64,000 bases of DNA, from NCBI GenBank assembly GCA_002385705.1, contig DGDZ01000074.1:77677-141676 (forward strand), in the 5' to 3' direction. The position numbers and the translations under genes are program-made. Of this stretch, positions 1 to 12,059 are shown piece by piece (position 1 is the stretch's first letter; each line of letters begins with the position of its first letter). Source of the DNA: Verrucomicrobia subdivision 3 bacterium UBA3939. Lineage in GTDB: Bacteria > Verrucomicrobiota > Verrucomicrobiia > Limisphaerales > UBA3939. Below the pieces are notes generated by a model that saw only the letters and a list, made by a program, of their open reading frames with translations, was not told the DNA's origin and made no database searches.

Positions 1-1
1 C

Positions 2-2349
<2,348 letters not shown>

Positions 2350-2355
2350 CGTGTT

Positions 2356-2847
2356 ATGCCATTGCTTGTCAATTTGCGCCATCTGGAGGACGACAGCGTC
2401 CGTTTCAAGGGCGAGTTGCCCGTCGAGGAGCTGGATCTGGACGTGCGCGACGAGATGATCCGCGCGGATCGTCCGCTGGAGCACGATTTTGAGGTGCAGC
2501 TCGTGGATCGGAGCCTGTTGTTGCAGGGCACGCTGCGGCTGTTGTTGAACTGCGACTGTGTGCGGTGCCTGAAGTCGTTCACGCACGAGGTGCGGCTGGA
2601 GAACTGGACGCGGTATTTGCCGCTGGACGGCGAGGAGAAGCTGCCCGTGGTGAACGATGTGGCGGACTTGACGCCCTATGTGCGCGAAGATATTCTCCTC
2701 GGGTTTCCGCAACATCCGTTGTGTGAGGCGGATTGCAGCGGCCTGCCGCAAATCGACACCGGCAGGGCAACGAAAGCCAGCGACCCCGGCCAGACCGTTG
2801 AGGAATCGTCTGCATGGGCCGAACTCGACAAATTGAAGTTGAAATAG
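2356..2847 (+). CDS. YceD/DUF177 family protein (large-subunit rRNA accumulation protein)
   Basis: Cys pairs CDCVRCLKSF and HPLCEADCSGL typical of DUF177, with the conserved position immediately upstream of rpmF-plsX. Confidence 0.75.
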   Translation: MPLLVNLRHLEDDSVRFKGELPVEELDLDVRDEMIRADRPLEHDFEVQLVDRSLLLQGTLRLLLNCDCVRCLKSFTHEVRLENWTRYLPLDGEEKLPVVNDVADLTPYVREDILLGFPQHPLCEADCSGLPQIDTGRATKASDPGQTVEESSAWAELDKLKLK

Positions 2848-2862
2848 AGAGATTTTGATTTT

Positions 2863-3051
2863 ATGGGCGTTCCAAAGCGAAAACCGTCAAAGAGCCGCCA
2901 GCGCATGCGCCGGGCGTACAACAGCGTCCTGCGTCTCCCTCAACTGAGCGTCTGTCCGCAGTGTGCCGCACCCTATGTCCCCCACCGCGTCTGTCCCGCA
3001 TGCGGCTTCTACCGGGGGCGCCAGGTCATTTCGGTGACAGCCGGGGCGTGA
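2863..3051 (+). CDS. rpmF: 50S ribosomal protein L32
   Basis: MGVPKRKPSKSRQRMRRA N-terminus and Zn-ribbon CPQC...CPAC; 62 aa. Confidence 0.9.
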   Translation: MGVPKRKPSKSRQRMRRAYNSVLRLPQLSVCPQCAAPYVPHRVCPACGFYRGRQVISVTAGA

Positions 3052-3087
3052 TCTCCCGGGCGCGGCCGCGTGTCGCGCCCTTCGGTT

Positions 3088-4128
3088 ATGCGAATTGCAG
3101 TGGATGTCATGGGTGGCGACCATGGCTGTGACGTCGTACTCGAAGGCGTGCGTCAGGCCCTCGCAGCAGACCTGTCCATCCGCACTGTTTTCCTGGTCGG
3201 CAACGAACCGGAGATCCGGGCCGCCTGCGGCCGCCTCCGCTTCCATGACTCGCGCGCGCAGATCGTCCACGCCAGCGAGGTGCTGACCATGGACGACAAC
3301 CCGCTCGAGGGAATCCGCCGCAAGAAGGATTCCTCGATGGTCCGCGCCATCGAACTGGTTTACGACGAGAAAGCCGACGCCGTCATTTCGCCCGGCAACA
3401 CCGGCGCGCTGGTCGCCGGATCCATGAAGCTGCGGCGCCTGGACGGAGTGAAACGGCCGGCCATTGCGGCGCGCATGCCGTCGCGCACGGGCGATTTTGT
3501 GCTGCTGGACGCCGGGGCGAACGACGTGTGCGAGCCGCTGCACCTCGCACAGTTCGCCGTCATGGGCAGCATCTACGCCCGGGAAGTCATGGGCGTGGCG
3601 AAGCCGCGAGTCGGCATCCTGAGCAACGGATCGGAGGAGACCAAGGGAAACGATCTCACCCGCGAAGCCGCCCGCCTTACGGCGCAACTGGATTTGAATT
3701 TCATCGGATATGTCGAGGGGTTTGACCTGTTTGAAGATGCCGTGGATGTCGTGGTCACGGACGGGTTTACCGGCAACGTGGTGTTGAAGACGGCCGAGAG
3801 CCTGGGCCGGACCATCATTCATCTTCTCAAGTCCGAGCTGACGGCCAGTCCGATCCGCAAGCTGGGAGCGGGTCTGGCGCAAGGCGCCTTGCGCAGCCTC
3901 CGGCATCGCCTGGATCCGGACGTGTACGGCGGCGCGGTTCTTCTCGGCCTGAACGGCATCGTGGTCAAAGCCCATGGATCTTCCCGTGAGCGCGCCATTA
4001 TGAACGCCATTCGCGTGGCGACCGAGGAAATCTCGCACGAGGTCAACCAGAACATTTCGCAACAGATCAAGCGCGCAAACGAGTCGCTGGCGGCCGCTGA
4101 CACTGCGGCGACGCCGGTTCCGGCATGA
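3088..4128 (+). CDS. plsX: phosphate acyltransferase PlsX
   Basis: MRIAVDVMGGDHG N-terminus, GNTGAL and GFTGNVVLK motifs; rpmF-plsX-fabH synteny. A GTG at 3070 is an alternative start. Confidence 0.9.
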   Translation: MRIAVDVMGGDHGCDVVLEGVRQALAADLSIRTVFLVGNEPEIRAACGRLRFHDSRAQIVHASEVLTMDDNPLEGIRRKKDSSMVRAIELVYDEKADAVISPGNTGALVAGSMKLRRLDGVKRPAIAARMPSRTGDFVLLDAGANDVCEPLHLAQFAVMGSIYAREVMGVAKPRVGILSNGSEETKGNDLTREAARLTAQLDLNFIGYVEGFDLFEDAVDVVVTDGFTGNVVLKTAESLGRTIIHLLKSELTASPIRKLGAGLAQGALRSLRHRLDPDVYGGAVLLGLNGIVVKAHGSSRERAIMNAIRVATEEISHEVNQNISQQIKRANESLAAADTAATPVPA

Positions 4129-5162
4129 GCCCTACCACCACTCCGAAATTCAGAAATCCACGAGCCAAGCACAACTTCCAGGGCCGCACCTGCTCGGTCG
4201 CGGCTGTCGGGTCCTACGTTCCATCCCGGATCCTGACCAATGCCGACCTGGAAAAAATGGTCGATACGTCGGACGAATGGATCACGACGCGCACCGGCAT
4301 CAAGGAACGGCGGATCGCGGCCGAAAGCGAATTCACGTCCGATCTCGGCGCGGAGGCGGCGCGCCGGGCCATGGCCCGGGCGGGCGTGACACCCGACCAG
4401 ATCGATCTCATCATTGTGGCGACGATCACGCCCGACATGCCGTTTCCTTCGACGGCGTGTCTCATACAGCAGAAGATCGGCGCGCGGCGCAGCGCGGCGT
4501 TCGATATCGAGGCCGCGTGTTCCGGATTCATTTACGCGCTGGAGATCGGCCAGCAGTTCATCATGTCGCGCACCTACGACACCGTTCTCGTCATCGGCGC
4601 GGAGAAACTGTCGTCCATCACGGACTGGAAGGACCGGAACACGTGCGTGTTGTTCGGTGACGGCGCCGGCGCGGCGGTGTTGCGCAGCCGGCCGAATTCG
4701 CACGGTTTGCTGACGGCGGTGATGGGCGCCGACGGGGAGAAGGCGGACCTGTTGTTCATGCCCGGCGGAGGGAGCCGTTGCCCGGCGAGTCTGGAATCAG
4801 TGAACTCGCGGCTGCACTTCCTGCGGATGGAAGGGAAGGAGACGTTCAAGAACGCGGTGCAGGCGATGCACACGGCAGCCACCGAGGCGCTGAAGCGGTG
4901 CGAACTCGACATCAGCCGCATCAAGCTGATCATCCCGCATCAGGCCAATCGGCGGATTATCGACGCCGTTGGGGAGCGGCTGGGCGCGCGTCCGGACCAG
5001 TTGTTCGTGAATCTGGAGAAGTACGGAAACACCTCGGCCGCCTCGGTGGCGATCGCGCTGGATGAAGCGGTGCAATCGGGGCGGATCGAGCGGGGGGATT
5101 TGATTCTGATGGTGGTTTTCGGCGCCGGCCTGACGTGGGGCGCGGCGGTGATTGAATGGTGA
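4125..5162 (+). CDS. fabH: 3-oxoacyl-ACP synthase III
   Basis: Active-site Cys context AACSGFIYAL, HQANRRI and GNTSAASV motifs. ATGA start/stop overlap with plsX. Confidence 0.9.
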   Translation: MSPTTTPKFRNPRAKHNFQGRTCSVAAVGSYVPSRILTNADLEKMVDTSDEWITTRTGIKERRIAAESEFTSDLGAEAARRAMARAGVTPDQIDLIIVATITPDMPFPSTACLIQQKIGARRSAAFDIEAACSGFIYALEIGQQFIMSRTYDTVLVIGAEKLSSITDWKDRNTCVLFGDGAGAAVLRSRPNSHGLLTAVMGADGEKADLLFMPGGGSRCPASLESVNSRLHFLRMEGKETFKNAVQAMHTAATEALKRCELDISRIKLIIPHQANRRIIDAVGERLGARPDQLFVNLEKYGNTSAASVAIALDEAVQSGRIERGDLILMVVFGAGLTWGAAVIEW

Positions 5163-5170
5163 GAGGCTAT

Positions 5171-5198
5171 TTGACGATTCAAAAGCGTGTGGTAGTTT
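5171..5198 (+). promoter_or_regulatory. candidate sigma70-type promoter (TTGACG, 16 nt, TAGTTT)
   Basis: Read directly: TTGACG at 5171-5176 and TAGTTT at 5193-5198, 12 nt upstream of the ATG at 5211. Motif match only. Confidence 0.3.
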
Positions 5199-5210
5199 GA
5201 ACCGGCTTCT

Positions 5211-5540
5211 ATGAGCGCAAGAAAAATTGCAGCGTCGGGTGCACTTCAACAGAGCGTGACAGTGGAAGCTCGCCAGGCCCGGCTGTCTCTTTCCGCGGGC
5301 TCGGTCATCATCCATCGCAACGGCATCGAATTCCGCAGCAGCGTTCCGTTTGCGCCGTGGAGGGAGATGACATTGACGCTCCAGTCGCCTCGAGACAACA
5401 GCCGCGTCCATTGCTCGGGCGTGGTCATTTCCTGCACCGGGAACAAGCACACCGGTTATCACGTTTCCATGGTGTTCACGGGACTCTCGAAACAGGCGCA
5501 GGCGCGGTTGAACACCATGGCGCATTCCACCGTGGGCTGA
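5211..5540 (+). CDS. small hypothetical protein upstream of pilT (possible PilZ-like beta-barrel, unproven)
   Basis: 109-aa ORF, codon usage similar to its neighbours, same strand as pilT and 93 nt upstream. No canonical RxxxR / DxSxxG PilZ motifs seen. Confidence 0.45.
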   Translation: MSARKIAASGALQQSVTVEARQARLSLSAGSVIIHRNGIEFRSSVPFAPWREMTLTLQSPRDNSRVHCSGVVISCTGNKHTGYHVSMVFTGLSKQAQARLNTMAHSTVG

Positions 5541-5633
5541 CCCCGGCGGCCGTCCGCGGTCCGATCCTTGCCCCCTGCGGTTCGCCGCCGACTTCCGGCT
5601 TGGCCATTCCCGGTCCTTTGCTAGGCTGCTTTT

Positions 5634-6722
5634 ATGGAAATGTTTCATCGCATTCTGAAGACCGCCGTCGAAGGCGGCGCCTCCGATGTCCACCTCAAAA
5701 TCGGCACACCGGTCGTGTTCCGGATCAACCGCCAGTTGATCGCCATCGAGTGCCCGTATCCGACCGCCGAATGGATGAATTCGATCGTCGAGCAGGTGAC
5801 GCCTTCCCACCTGCGGCGCACACTCGAGGAGGAGCGCGAGATCGACTTCTCCTATTTCGTTCCCGGCATCGGGCGCTTCCGGACGAACCTCTTCCAGCAG
5901 CGCGGCCAATGGTGTTTCGCGCTGCGCTTCGTCAAGACGCACGTGCCGAGCTTCGAAGAGCTCGGCCTCCTGGAACAGATCAAGCAGATCGCCGAATCCC
6001 CGCGCGGCATCGTCCTGGTTGCCGGGTCCACCGGATGCGGCAAGTCCACCACGCTTGCCGCCATGATCGAGCACATCAACGCCAATTTCAAAAAACACAT
6101 CATCACGCTCGAGGATCCGATCGAGTACATCTTCGAGGACAACCAGTCCATTATCGAACAGCGCGAAGTGGGCCTGGACACGATGTCCTTCCACCATGCT
6201 TTGAAGCACGTGCTCCGGCAGGATCCCGACATCATCATGGTGGGCGAGATGCGCGATTCCATCAGCTTTACGGCGGCGATGAGCGCGGCGGACACGGGGC
6301 ACCTGGTGCTTTCGACGCTGCACACGACGAACGCCTCGCAGTCGATCAGCCGCATCCTGGACTTCTTCAGGGCCGACGAGCGGGAGCAGATCCGGCGGCA
6401 GTTGAGCGGGTGTTTGCGGGCCGTCATCTGCCAGCGGCTGGTCACGACCGTCAACGGCACCGTCACGCCCGCGCTGGAGATCCTCATCAACACGCCCACG
6501 GTCAAAAAGCTGATTGAGGAGAACCGCCTCGACAAACTGGCGGCCGCGATCGAGACCGGCACCGAAGAAGGCATGATCAGCTTCAATCAGTCGCTCTTTC
6601 TGCTCGTCAAGGAAGGCAAGGTCACGCAGAAGGAAGCGCTGTCCAAGGCCTCGAACCCGCAGGCGCTGGAAATGAACTTCAAGGGAATCTTCCTCGACGA
6701 AGGCCGGCGAATTCTTGGCTGA
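5634..6722 (+). CDS. pilT: PilT-family type IV pilus retraction ATPase
   Basis: Walker A GSTGCGKSTT, Asp box ITLEDPIEY, Walker B DPDIIMVGEMRD, His box GHLVLSTLHT; 362 aa. Confidence 0.85.
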   Translation: MEMFHRILKTAVEGGASDVHLKIGTPVVFRINRQLIAIECPYPTAEWMNSIVEQVTPSHLRRTLEEEREIDFSYFVPGIGRFRTNLFQQRGQWCFALRFVKTHVPSFEELGLLEQIKQIAESPRGIVLVAGSTGCGKSTTLAAMIEHINANFKKHIITLEDPIEYIFEDNQSIIEQREVGLDTMSFHHALKHVLRQDPDIIMVGEMRDSISFTAAMSAADTGHLVLSTLHTTNASQSISRILDFFRADEREQIRRQLSGCLRAVICQRLVTTVNGTVTPALEILINTPTVKKLIEENRLDKLAAAIETGTEEGMISFNQSLFLLVKEGKVTQKEALSKASNPQALEMNFKGIFLDEGRRILG

Positions 6723-6744
6723 CGCGCGTTCGCGGGGCCGCGGC

Positions 6745-8109
6745 TCAGCGCTTCGGGGCGATGTAGATCTCGCTTCCGTCCAGCGCATCCACGATCATGT
6801 CAACGGTGCGCTCGATCGCGCCGAGGTTCTCGCGGACCACCTGTCTGGCGTTGGCGCCGAGCTGCTGCCTTCTTTCCGGGTTGGCAAGCAGCGCGGCCAG
6901 CGCTTCCTCCAATTCGCTTTCGTTGCGCACCTGCACCGCGGCGTCGCGCAGCACAAATCCGCGCGCAACGTCCGCGAAGTTCTCCATGTTGGGGCCGAAC
7001 ACCATCGCCTTTCCGAGGGCGCCGGGTTCGATCGGGTTCTGGCCTCCGTGCGCCTTGATGCTTTTTCCCACGAAAATGACCGCGGCGTGCTCGTAGAAGT
7101 ATTTCAGCTCGCCGGTGGTGTTCACCAGGAGACAGTCGGGAGGCGGGTTCTCGGGCCGCGTGCTTGCGGTGATCTCGCTGCGATAGACGAAGCGGACGCC
7201 GCGTTCGCGCAACTGGCGGCCCACTTCGCCGGCGCGTTCGAAGTGGCGCGGCACCAGGATGAGGAACAGTTCCGGGAAGCGCCGGCGCAACCGCAGGAAC
7301 TGGTCCGCCAGCATCGCTTCCTCGCCCGCGTGCGTGCTGCCGGCGACCAGCAACAGCGCGTCTTTGGGCACGCCGATCTGCGCCAGCAATGCGGGCACGT
7401 CCAGGAGCCGCTTTTCCTCAAGGCGCGCCGCGTCGAACTTCAGGCTGCCGACGACGCGGATGGCTTCGGGCCGGCAGCCCAGTTCCCGAAGGCGCGCGGC
7501 ATCCGTCTCGTTTTGCGCGCCCACGCCCGAGAACGAGGCGAAGATCGAGCGGAACAGGAAGCCGAACCGCTTGTAGCGGCGGTAGGACCTTTCGGAAAGG
7601 CGGGCGTTGACGAGGAAGAACGGGATGCCGACCTGTTTGGCGCGCCAGAGGAAGTTGGGCCAGATTTCCGCCTCAACGAGCACGATGGCCTTGGGGCGGA
7701 TGATGGCCAGGGCGCGGGCCACCCAGGAGCGCCGATCCACCGGATAATAGATTTTGCTGATGTGCGTGGGCAGTTTGCGCAGCAACTCGCCCATGCCGGT
7801 GGTGGTGGTGGTGGACACGACGATCTTGATGTTGGGCATGCGTTCTTCCAGCGCCCGGATCAGGTGAGTGCAGATGTTGACTTCGCCGACGCTGACCGCG
7901 TGCATCCAGAGCACCTGGCGGTTGGTGATGGCCTGCTTCAGTTTGGCGTCGTAACTGCCAAACCGCTGCCCGAACCCGGTCACCCAGTTTCCGCGCCGCC
8001 ACATTCGCAGAAAATAATAGGGCGCCGACAAGGTGAAGAAGACGGTAAACAGAATGTTGTAGAGGACACGCACTTCAGTTTCCCATTTTCGCCGCGGCGG
8101 GATTGTCAT
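6745..8109 (-). CDS. waaA: 3-deoxy-D-manno-octulosonic acid (Kdo) transferase
   Basis: WMHAVSVGEV motif and GT30 family length. Start placed at MTIPPRRK (ATG 8109) before the N-terminal membrane helix; the tracked ORF extends to 8340 and the ATG at 8139 is an alternative. Confidence 0.85.
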   Translation of the reverse strand: MTIPPRRKWETEVRVLYNILFTVFFTLSAPYYFLRMWRRGNWVTGFGQRFGSYDAKLKQAITNRQVLWMHAVSVGEVNICTHLIRALEERMPNIKIVVSTTTTTGMGELLRKLPTHISKIYYPVDRRSWVARALAIIRPKAIVLVEAEIWPNFLWRAKQVGIPFFLVNARLSERSYRRYKRFGFLFRSIFASFSGVGAQNETDAARLRELGCRPEAIRVVGSLKFDAARLEEKRLLDVPALLAQIGVPKDALLLVAGSTHAGEEAMLADQFLRLRRRFPELFLILVPRHFERAGEVGRQLRERGVRFVYRSEITASTRPENPPPDCLLVNTTGELKYFYEHAAVIFVGKSIKAHGGQNPIEPGALGKAMVFGPNMENFADVARGFVLRDAAVQVRNESELEEALAALLANPERRQQLGANARQVVRENLGAIERTVDMIVDALDGSEIYIAPKR

Positions 8110-8302
8110 GGAACGGGCCGCGTCTCGCAATTTCATTTTGACGCGCGGCGGGCCGGCCGGGGATCCGAACCGGGCGGAGGCGGGCGCGCCCTGTGCACCC
8201 AAACGCACAGTTCCCGAGGCAAAAAATGCGCTAAACTGCGTGTGGCCGAATGCGGAACCCTCATTCGGACCTGCGGCCTTCCGCCGCGCCTGATTCCGGG
8301 CA

Positions 8303-9265
8303 ATGCGACAGTTTTTAGCGATAGCCGCGAACGCGTTCATGGAGCTGGTCCGGCAGCCGGTGTTCCTGCTGCTGACGACGGCCTCCGCGGCCTTTGAGAT
8401 TTTCCTGGCAACGCCGTATTACTTCGCCTTCGGCGACGAGCCGAAGCTGGTGAAGAACAGCGTGCTGGCGGTGATGCTGTTGTCGGGCCTGCTGGGCGCG
8501 GTCCTGAGCGCGTCGGCGGCGCTGGCCCGCGAAATCCGCAGCGGCACCGCGCTGGCGGTCCTGTCCAAACCGGTCGGCCGCGCGCAGTTCCTTCTGGCCA
8601 AGTACACCGGCCTCGTCGGCGCCCTCACGCTGATGGTCTATGTGAACGCCGTTTCGGCGCTCATCGCCAGCCGAATGGTTTTCGACGCGTATGGCGAGAC
8701 CGACCTGGCGTCCCTGGGGATTTTTGCTGCAGCCGTTGTGGTGGCGTATGCGGCCGGCGGTTTCAGCAATTTCTTCCTGCGGCGCCCGTTCGTGAGCGAC
8801 GCGTTCTTTGCGCTGCTGGTGACCCTGACCGTCGCCGCGTGGCTGATCTTTCAATTCACGCGCCAGCGCATGAGCCTTGGCGAAATGGCGTCCGTGGACT
8901 GGAACCTGGTGCCCGCTTCGTTGCTGATCCTGTTCGCGCTCTGGGTTCTGGCGGGGCTCGCGCTGGCGTGCTCGACGCGCCTGGATACGATCCCCACCCT
9001 GGCCATCTGCTCGGCGTTCTTCCTGTTGGGAATCATGTCGGATTACCTCTTCGGCCGGCCCGCCAGCCAGGGCGCGTGGTGGGCGTCCATCCTCTACAGC
9101 GTGACGCCGAACTGGCAGCTCTTCTGGGTGGCCGACGCGCTTGAAACCGGGCGCAGCACCTTTCATTGGAATTACGTCGGCAAGGCCCTGGCCTATGTCG
9201 CCGCCTACGTCGGCGCGGCCCTGTGCGTTGCCGTGGCGCTCTTTGACGAACGCGAACTCAGTTGA
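8303..9265 (+). CDS. polytopic membrane protein, ABC-2-type permease-like
   Basis: 320 aa with at least 6 hydrophobic helices. N-terminus MRQFLAIAANAFMELVRQPVFLLL and REIRSGTALAVLSKPVGRAQFLLAKY resemble ABC-2 (NosY/YhaP-like) permeases. No adjacent ATPase. Confidence 0.55.
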   Translation: MRQFLAIAANAFMELVRQPVFLLLTTASAAFEIFLATPYYFAFGDEPKLVKNSVLAVMLLSGLLGAVLSASAALAREIRSGTALAVLSKPVGRAQFLLAKYTGLVGALTLMVYVNAVSALIASRMVFDAYGETDLASLGIFAAAVVVAYAAGGFSNFFLRRPFVSDAFFALLVTLTVAAWLIFQFTRQRMSLGEMASVDWNLVPASLLILFALWVLAGLALACSTRLDTIPTLAICSAFFLLGIMSDYLFGRPASQGAWWASILYSVTPNWQLFWVADALETGRSTFHWNYVGKALAYVAAYVGAALCVAVALFDERELS

Positions 9266-9268
9266 CCC

Positions 9269-11137
9269 ATGGAACGAAGCATACACAGGAATGGAATCGT
9301 CAATACGGTGATCCTGCTGCTGGTCGGCGCAGCGGCTCTGGCCGTCGCGCGCACCGCTCATTCGCTGGCCGGTGTGCTGGTCTCCGTGTTCATCGGGATC
9401 GGCTTCCTCGTGTCCGCTCTGAGCTGGTTCCAAATGCGCCTGGAGGAGCGGGAGCGCCTCGAGAAACTCGAGGTCGATGAACTGGCGCGGGGCAGGGGCG
9501 GGTCCGCGCTGTTCGGCTCGACCGAAGAGGACGCCTTTCCCGCCCGCCGCGCCCGCGAACAGTTTGAGCGCTTCTTCGTTCCGGGCTTCACGATCCTTCT
9601 GTTCCTCGCGGAGGCGATCGGCGCCTACCTCCTTTGGCGATACCTTTCAGGCAAGGCGGTCTCGGGGTATCTGACGCAGCCGACGCTGGCTCTGGCGCTC
9701 TTTGGATTGTTCGCGCTGGTTTTGTTCCTGCTGGGCAAATTCTCGGCGACGATGGCGCGGCTGGAGGACCACCGCCTTCTGCGGCCGGGCGCGAGCTGGT
9801 TGTTGCTCGGGGCCTACCTGTGTTTTCTGGCGGCTCTGGGCGTTGTCGGCGTTGAACTGGGGCTTCCGCGGGCCGATGCGTTCATGGCGCGCGGGTTTTG
9901 CATACTGCTCGGACTGATCGCGCTCGAGACGCTGGTCAACCTGATCCTGGAGATTTATCGGCCGCGCTTGAAAGGGAAGGTGTCGCGGCCCGTGTACGAG
10001 AGCCGGCTGGTCGGGTTGCTGGGGCAACCGGAAGGGCTCATTACGACGGCGGCCCAGGCGCTGGATTACCAGTTCGGGTTCAAGGTTTCCGAGACGTGGT
10101 TCTACCGGTTTTTCGAGCGCGCGCTGGGTTGGCTGATCCTGTTGCAGGTGGGCGTGTTGCTGCTTTCCACGTGCTTTGTCGTCGTCGAGACCGGAGAGCA
10201 GGCATTGCTGGAGCGGTTCGGCAAGCCGGTTGCCGGCCGCCACATTTTGATGCCGGGCATCCATTTCAAGCTGCCCTGGCCCATCGATCGGGCCTACCGC
10301 TACCAGACCGAGCGGATTCAAAGCTTCAATGTCGGCTTTACTCCGGATCCCCGTCTGGAGGGTCAGCCGGTTGTTCTGTGGACAGTGGCGCACACGGAGG
10401 AGGAGAATTTTCTGGTGGCCAACCGCGACGAGGAGGCGGCGGCGGCCGAGACCGAGGATCGCCAGGCCCCGCCAGTGAGCCTGCTGACCGTCAGCATTCC
10501 GGTTCAGTTCCAGATCACGAACGTCATTGATTGGGCCTACAACAACAGCGATCCAGCGCGCCTGCTCGAGGATATCGCCACGCGCGAAGTGATTCGCTAT
10601 CTCGTCGGCGCCGACCTCAACCAGATCATGTCCCGCCAGCGGGGCGGCGCGGCGGAGGCGCTGCGGGAGCGGATACAGGAAGCGGCGAACGCGCGGCGGC
10701 TCGGCGCGCGGATCACCTTCGTGGGCCTCCAGGATATTCATCCGCCGGTCAAAGTGGCTCCAGACTACGAGAAGGTGATCGCCGCCAGCCATCAGCGCCA
10801 GACGATGATCCTGGGGGCGCAGGCGGAAGCCATCCGGACCAACGCGATGGCGGTGGCGCAGGCGACGAACGCCATCAACCAGGCGATCGCCGAGAAGGTG
10901 AATCTGGAGGTGGACGCGTTTTCACGGGCGGCGCAGTTCACGAATCAGATTCCGGCCTACCGGGCGGCGCCGCGCATATACATGGAGCGCTCGTATTTGC
11001 AGGCGTTTGTGCGCGCCACGGCGGACGCGCGCAAGTATTTCAATCTCACAACCAATATGCACAACGTGTATCAGTTCGATCTGCAGGACAGTGTGGCGGA
11101 TCGGTTGCTGAACCCGGACTTTCAACCCGCAGACTGA
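9269..11137 (+). CDS. fusion of a polytopic membrane domain (~290 aa) with an SPFH/band-7 domain
   Basis: The C-terminal half has HflK/C-like signatures (ERFGKPVAGRHILMPGIHFKLPWPIDRAY, FVGLQDIHPP). The N-terminal half is hydrophobic. Start lies 3 nt after the previous stop. Confidence 0.7.
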   Translation: MERSIHRNGIVNTVILLLVGAAALAVARTAHSLAGVLVSVFIGIGFLVSALSWFQMRLEERERLEKLEVDELARGRGGSALFGSTEEDAFPARRAREQFERFFVPGFTILLFLAEAIGAYLLWRYLSGKAVSGYLTQPTLALALFGLFALVLFLLGKFSATMARLEDHRLLRPGASWLLLGAYLCFLAALGVVGVELGLPRADAFMARGFCILLGLIALETLVNLILEIYRPRLKGKVSRPVYESRLVGLLGQPEGLITTAAQALDYQFGFKVSETWFYRFFERALGWLILLQVGVLLLSTCFVVVETGEQALLERFGKPVAGRHILMPGIHFKLPWPIDRAYRYQTERIQSFNVGFTPDPRLEGQPVVLWTVAHTEEENFLVANRDEEAAAAETEDRQAPPVSLLTVSIPVQFQITNVIDWAYNNSDPARLLEDIATREVIRYLVGADLNQIMSRQRGGAAEALRERIQEAANARRLGARITFVGLQDIHPPVKVAPDYEKVIAASHQRQTMILGAQAEAIRTNAMAVAQATNAINQAIAEKVNLEVDAFSRAAQFTNQIPAYRAAPRIYMERSYLQAFVRATADARKYFNLTTNMHNVYQFDLQDSVADRLLNPDFQPAD

Positions 11138-11143
11138 ATTCTC

Positions 11144-12049
11144 ATGAAACGCACTCCCTTGACCCTGACTGTCGGCATTCTGCTGGCGATCATATTCGCC
11201 GTGCTGTTGTTCACGTTCCAGGTGCGCACCACCCAGGTGGCCGTGGTGACGACGTTCGGCAAGCCCACGCGGTCCATCTCCGAGCCGGGCGCGTACTTCA
11301 AGCTGCCGTGGCCGATCCAGCGGGTGTACTACTTCGACAGGCTCACGCAAAACCTCGAAGACAAATTCACCCAGGACTTCACCGCGGACGGCCGAACGCT
11401 GCTGACCTCGGTGTATGTAGGCTGGAAAATCTCCGATCCGCAGGAGTTCTTTCCCCGGTTCGCCGGCGGTTCCGTGCAGGCCGCGGAGAATGTCCTCAGC
11501 GGCATCGTGCGAAGCGTCAAGACCGCTACGATCGGCAGACACCCGTTCTCGGATTTCATCTCGGTGTCGGGCGGGGGCACGAATTTCACCGCCATTGAAG
11601 ACGAGATGCTGGCCGGCGTGCGCGCCCAGGTCGAAGCCAACCAATACGGCATCGAGATCGAGTTCCTCGGCATCAAGAAACTGGGCCTGCCCGAGAGCGT
11701 GACCGAGGAAGTGTTCAAGCAAATGACCTCCGAACGGCAGCGGCTGGTGCAGCAACTCACCAGCGAAGGCGAGACGCTGGCGGCGGGGATCAAGTCCGAC
11801 GCGAACCGCCGGGCGGCCGAGATCATTGCAGTCGCGCAGGGGCAGGCGAACGAGATCCGCGGCCGGGGCGAGGCCGAAGCGGCAACGGCGCTGGCGAAGT
11901 TCCAGCAGAACCCGGAGCTGGCGTTGTTCATCTTCCGGCTCAGGGCATTTGAAGAGGCGCTCAAGGGCCGTTCGACGCTGATCTTCGACCGCTGGCCGCC
12001 GTTCCTGGACGCTTTTATGGGCGTGACGACCAACGCGCCCGCGCGCTGA
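11144..12049 (+). CDS. SPFH/band-7 protein, HflC-like
   Basis: N-terminal anchor, then VVTTFGKPTRSISEPGAYFKLPWPIQRVYYFD and a coiled-coil tail (AEIIAVAQGQANEIRGRGEAEA). Confidence 0.75.
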   Translation: MKRTPLTLTVGILLAIIFAVLLFTFQVRTTQVAVVTTFGKPTRSISEPGAYFKLPWPIQRVYYFDRLTQNLEDKFTQDFTADGRTLLTSVYVGWKISDPQEFFPRFAGGSVQAAENVLSGIVRSVKTATIGRHPFSDFISVSGGGTNFTAIEDEMLAGVRAQVEANQYGIEIEFLGIKKLGLPESVTEEVFKQMTSERQRLVQQLTSEGETLAAGIKSDANRRAAEIIAVAQGQANEIRGRGEAEAATALAKFQQNPELALFIFRLRAFEEALKGRSTLIFDRWPPFLDAFMGVTTNAPAR

Positions 12050-12059
12050 GAGTGCCGAC

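Noticed and set aside
5211-5540. Calling the 109-aa protein a PilZ c-di-GMP receptor
   Set aside because: The RxxxR and D/NxSxxG signatures are not present. Kept as hypothetical.
4797-6788. 663-aa minus-strand ORF spanning fabH, the small ORF and pilT
   Set aside because: It is antisense to genes with clear family motifs. The Arg/Ala/Pro/Gly-rich, low-complexity translation is typical of high-GC shadow frames.
6715-8397. 560-aa plus-strand ORF
   Set aside because: Antisense shadow of waaA; no motifs and Arg/Gly/Ala-rich.
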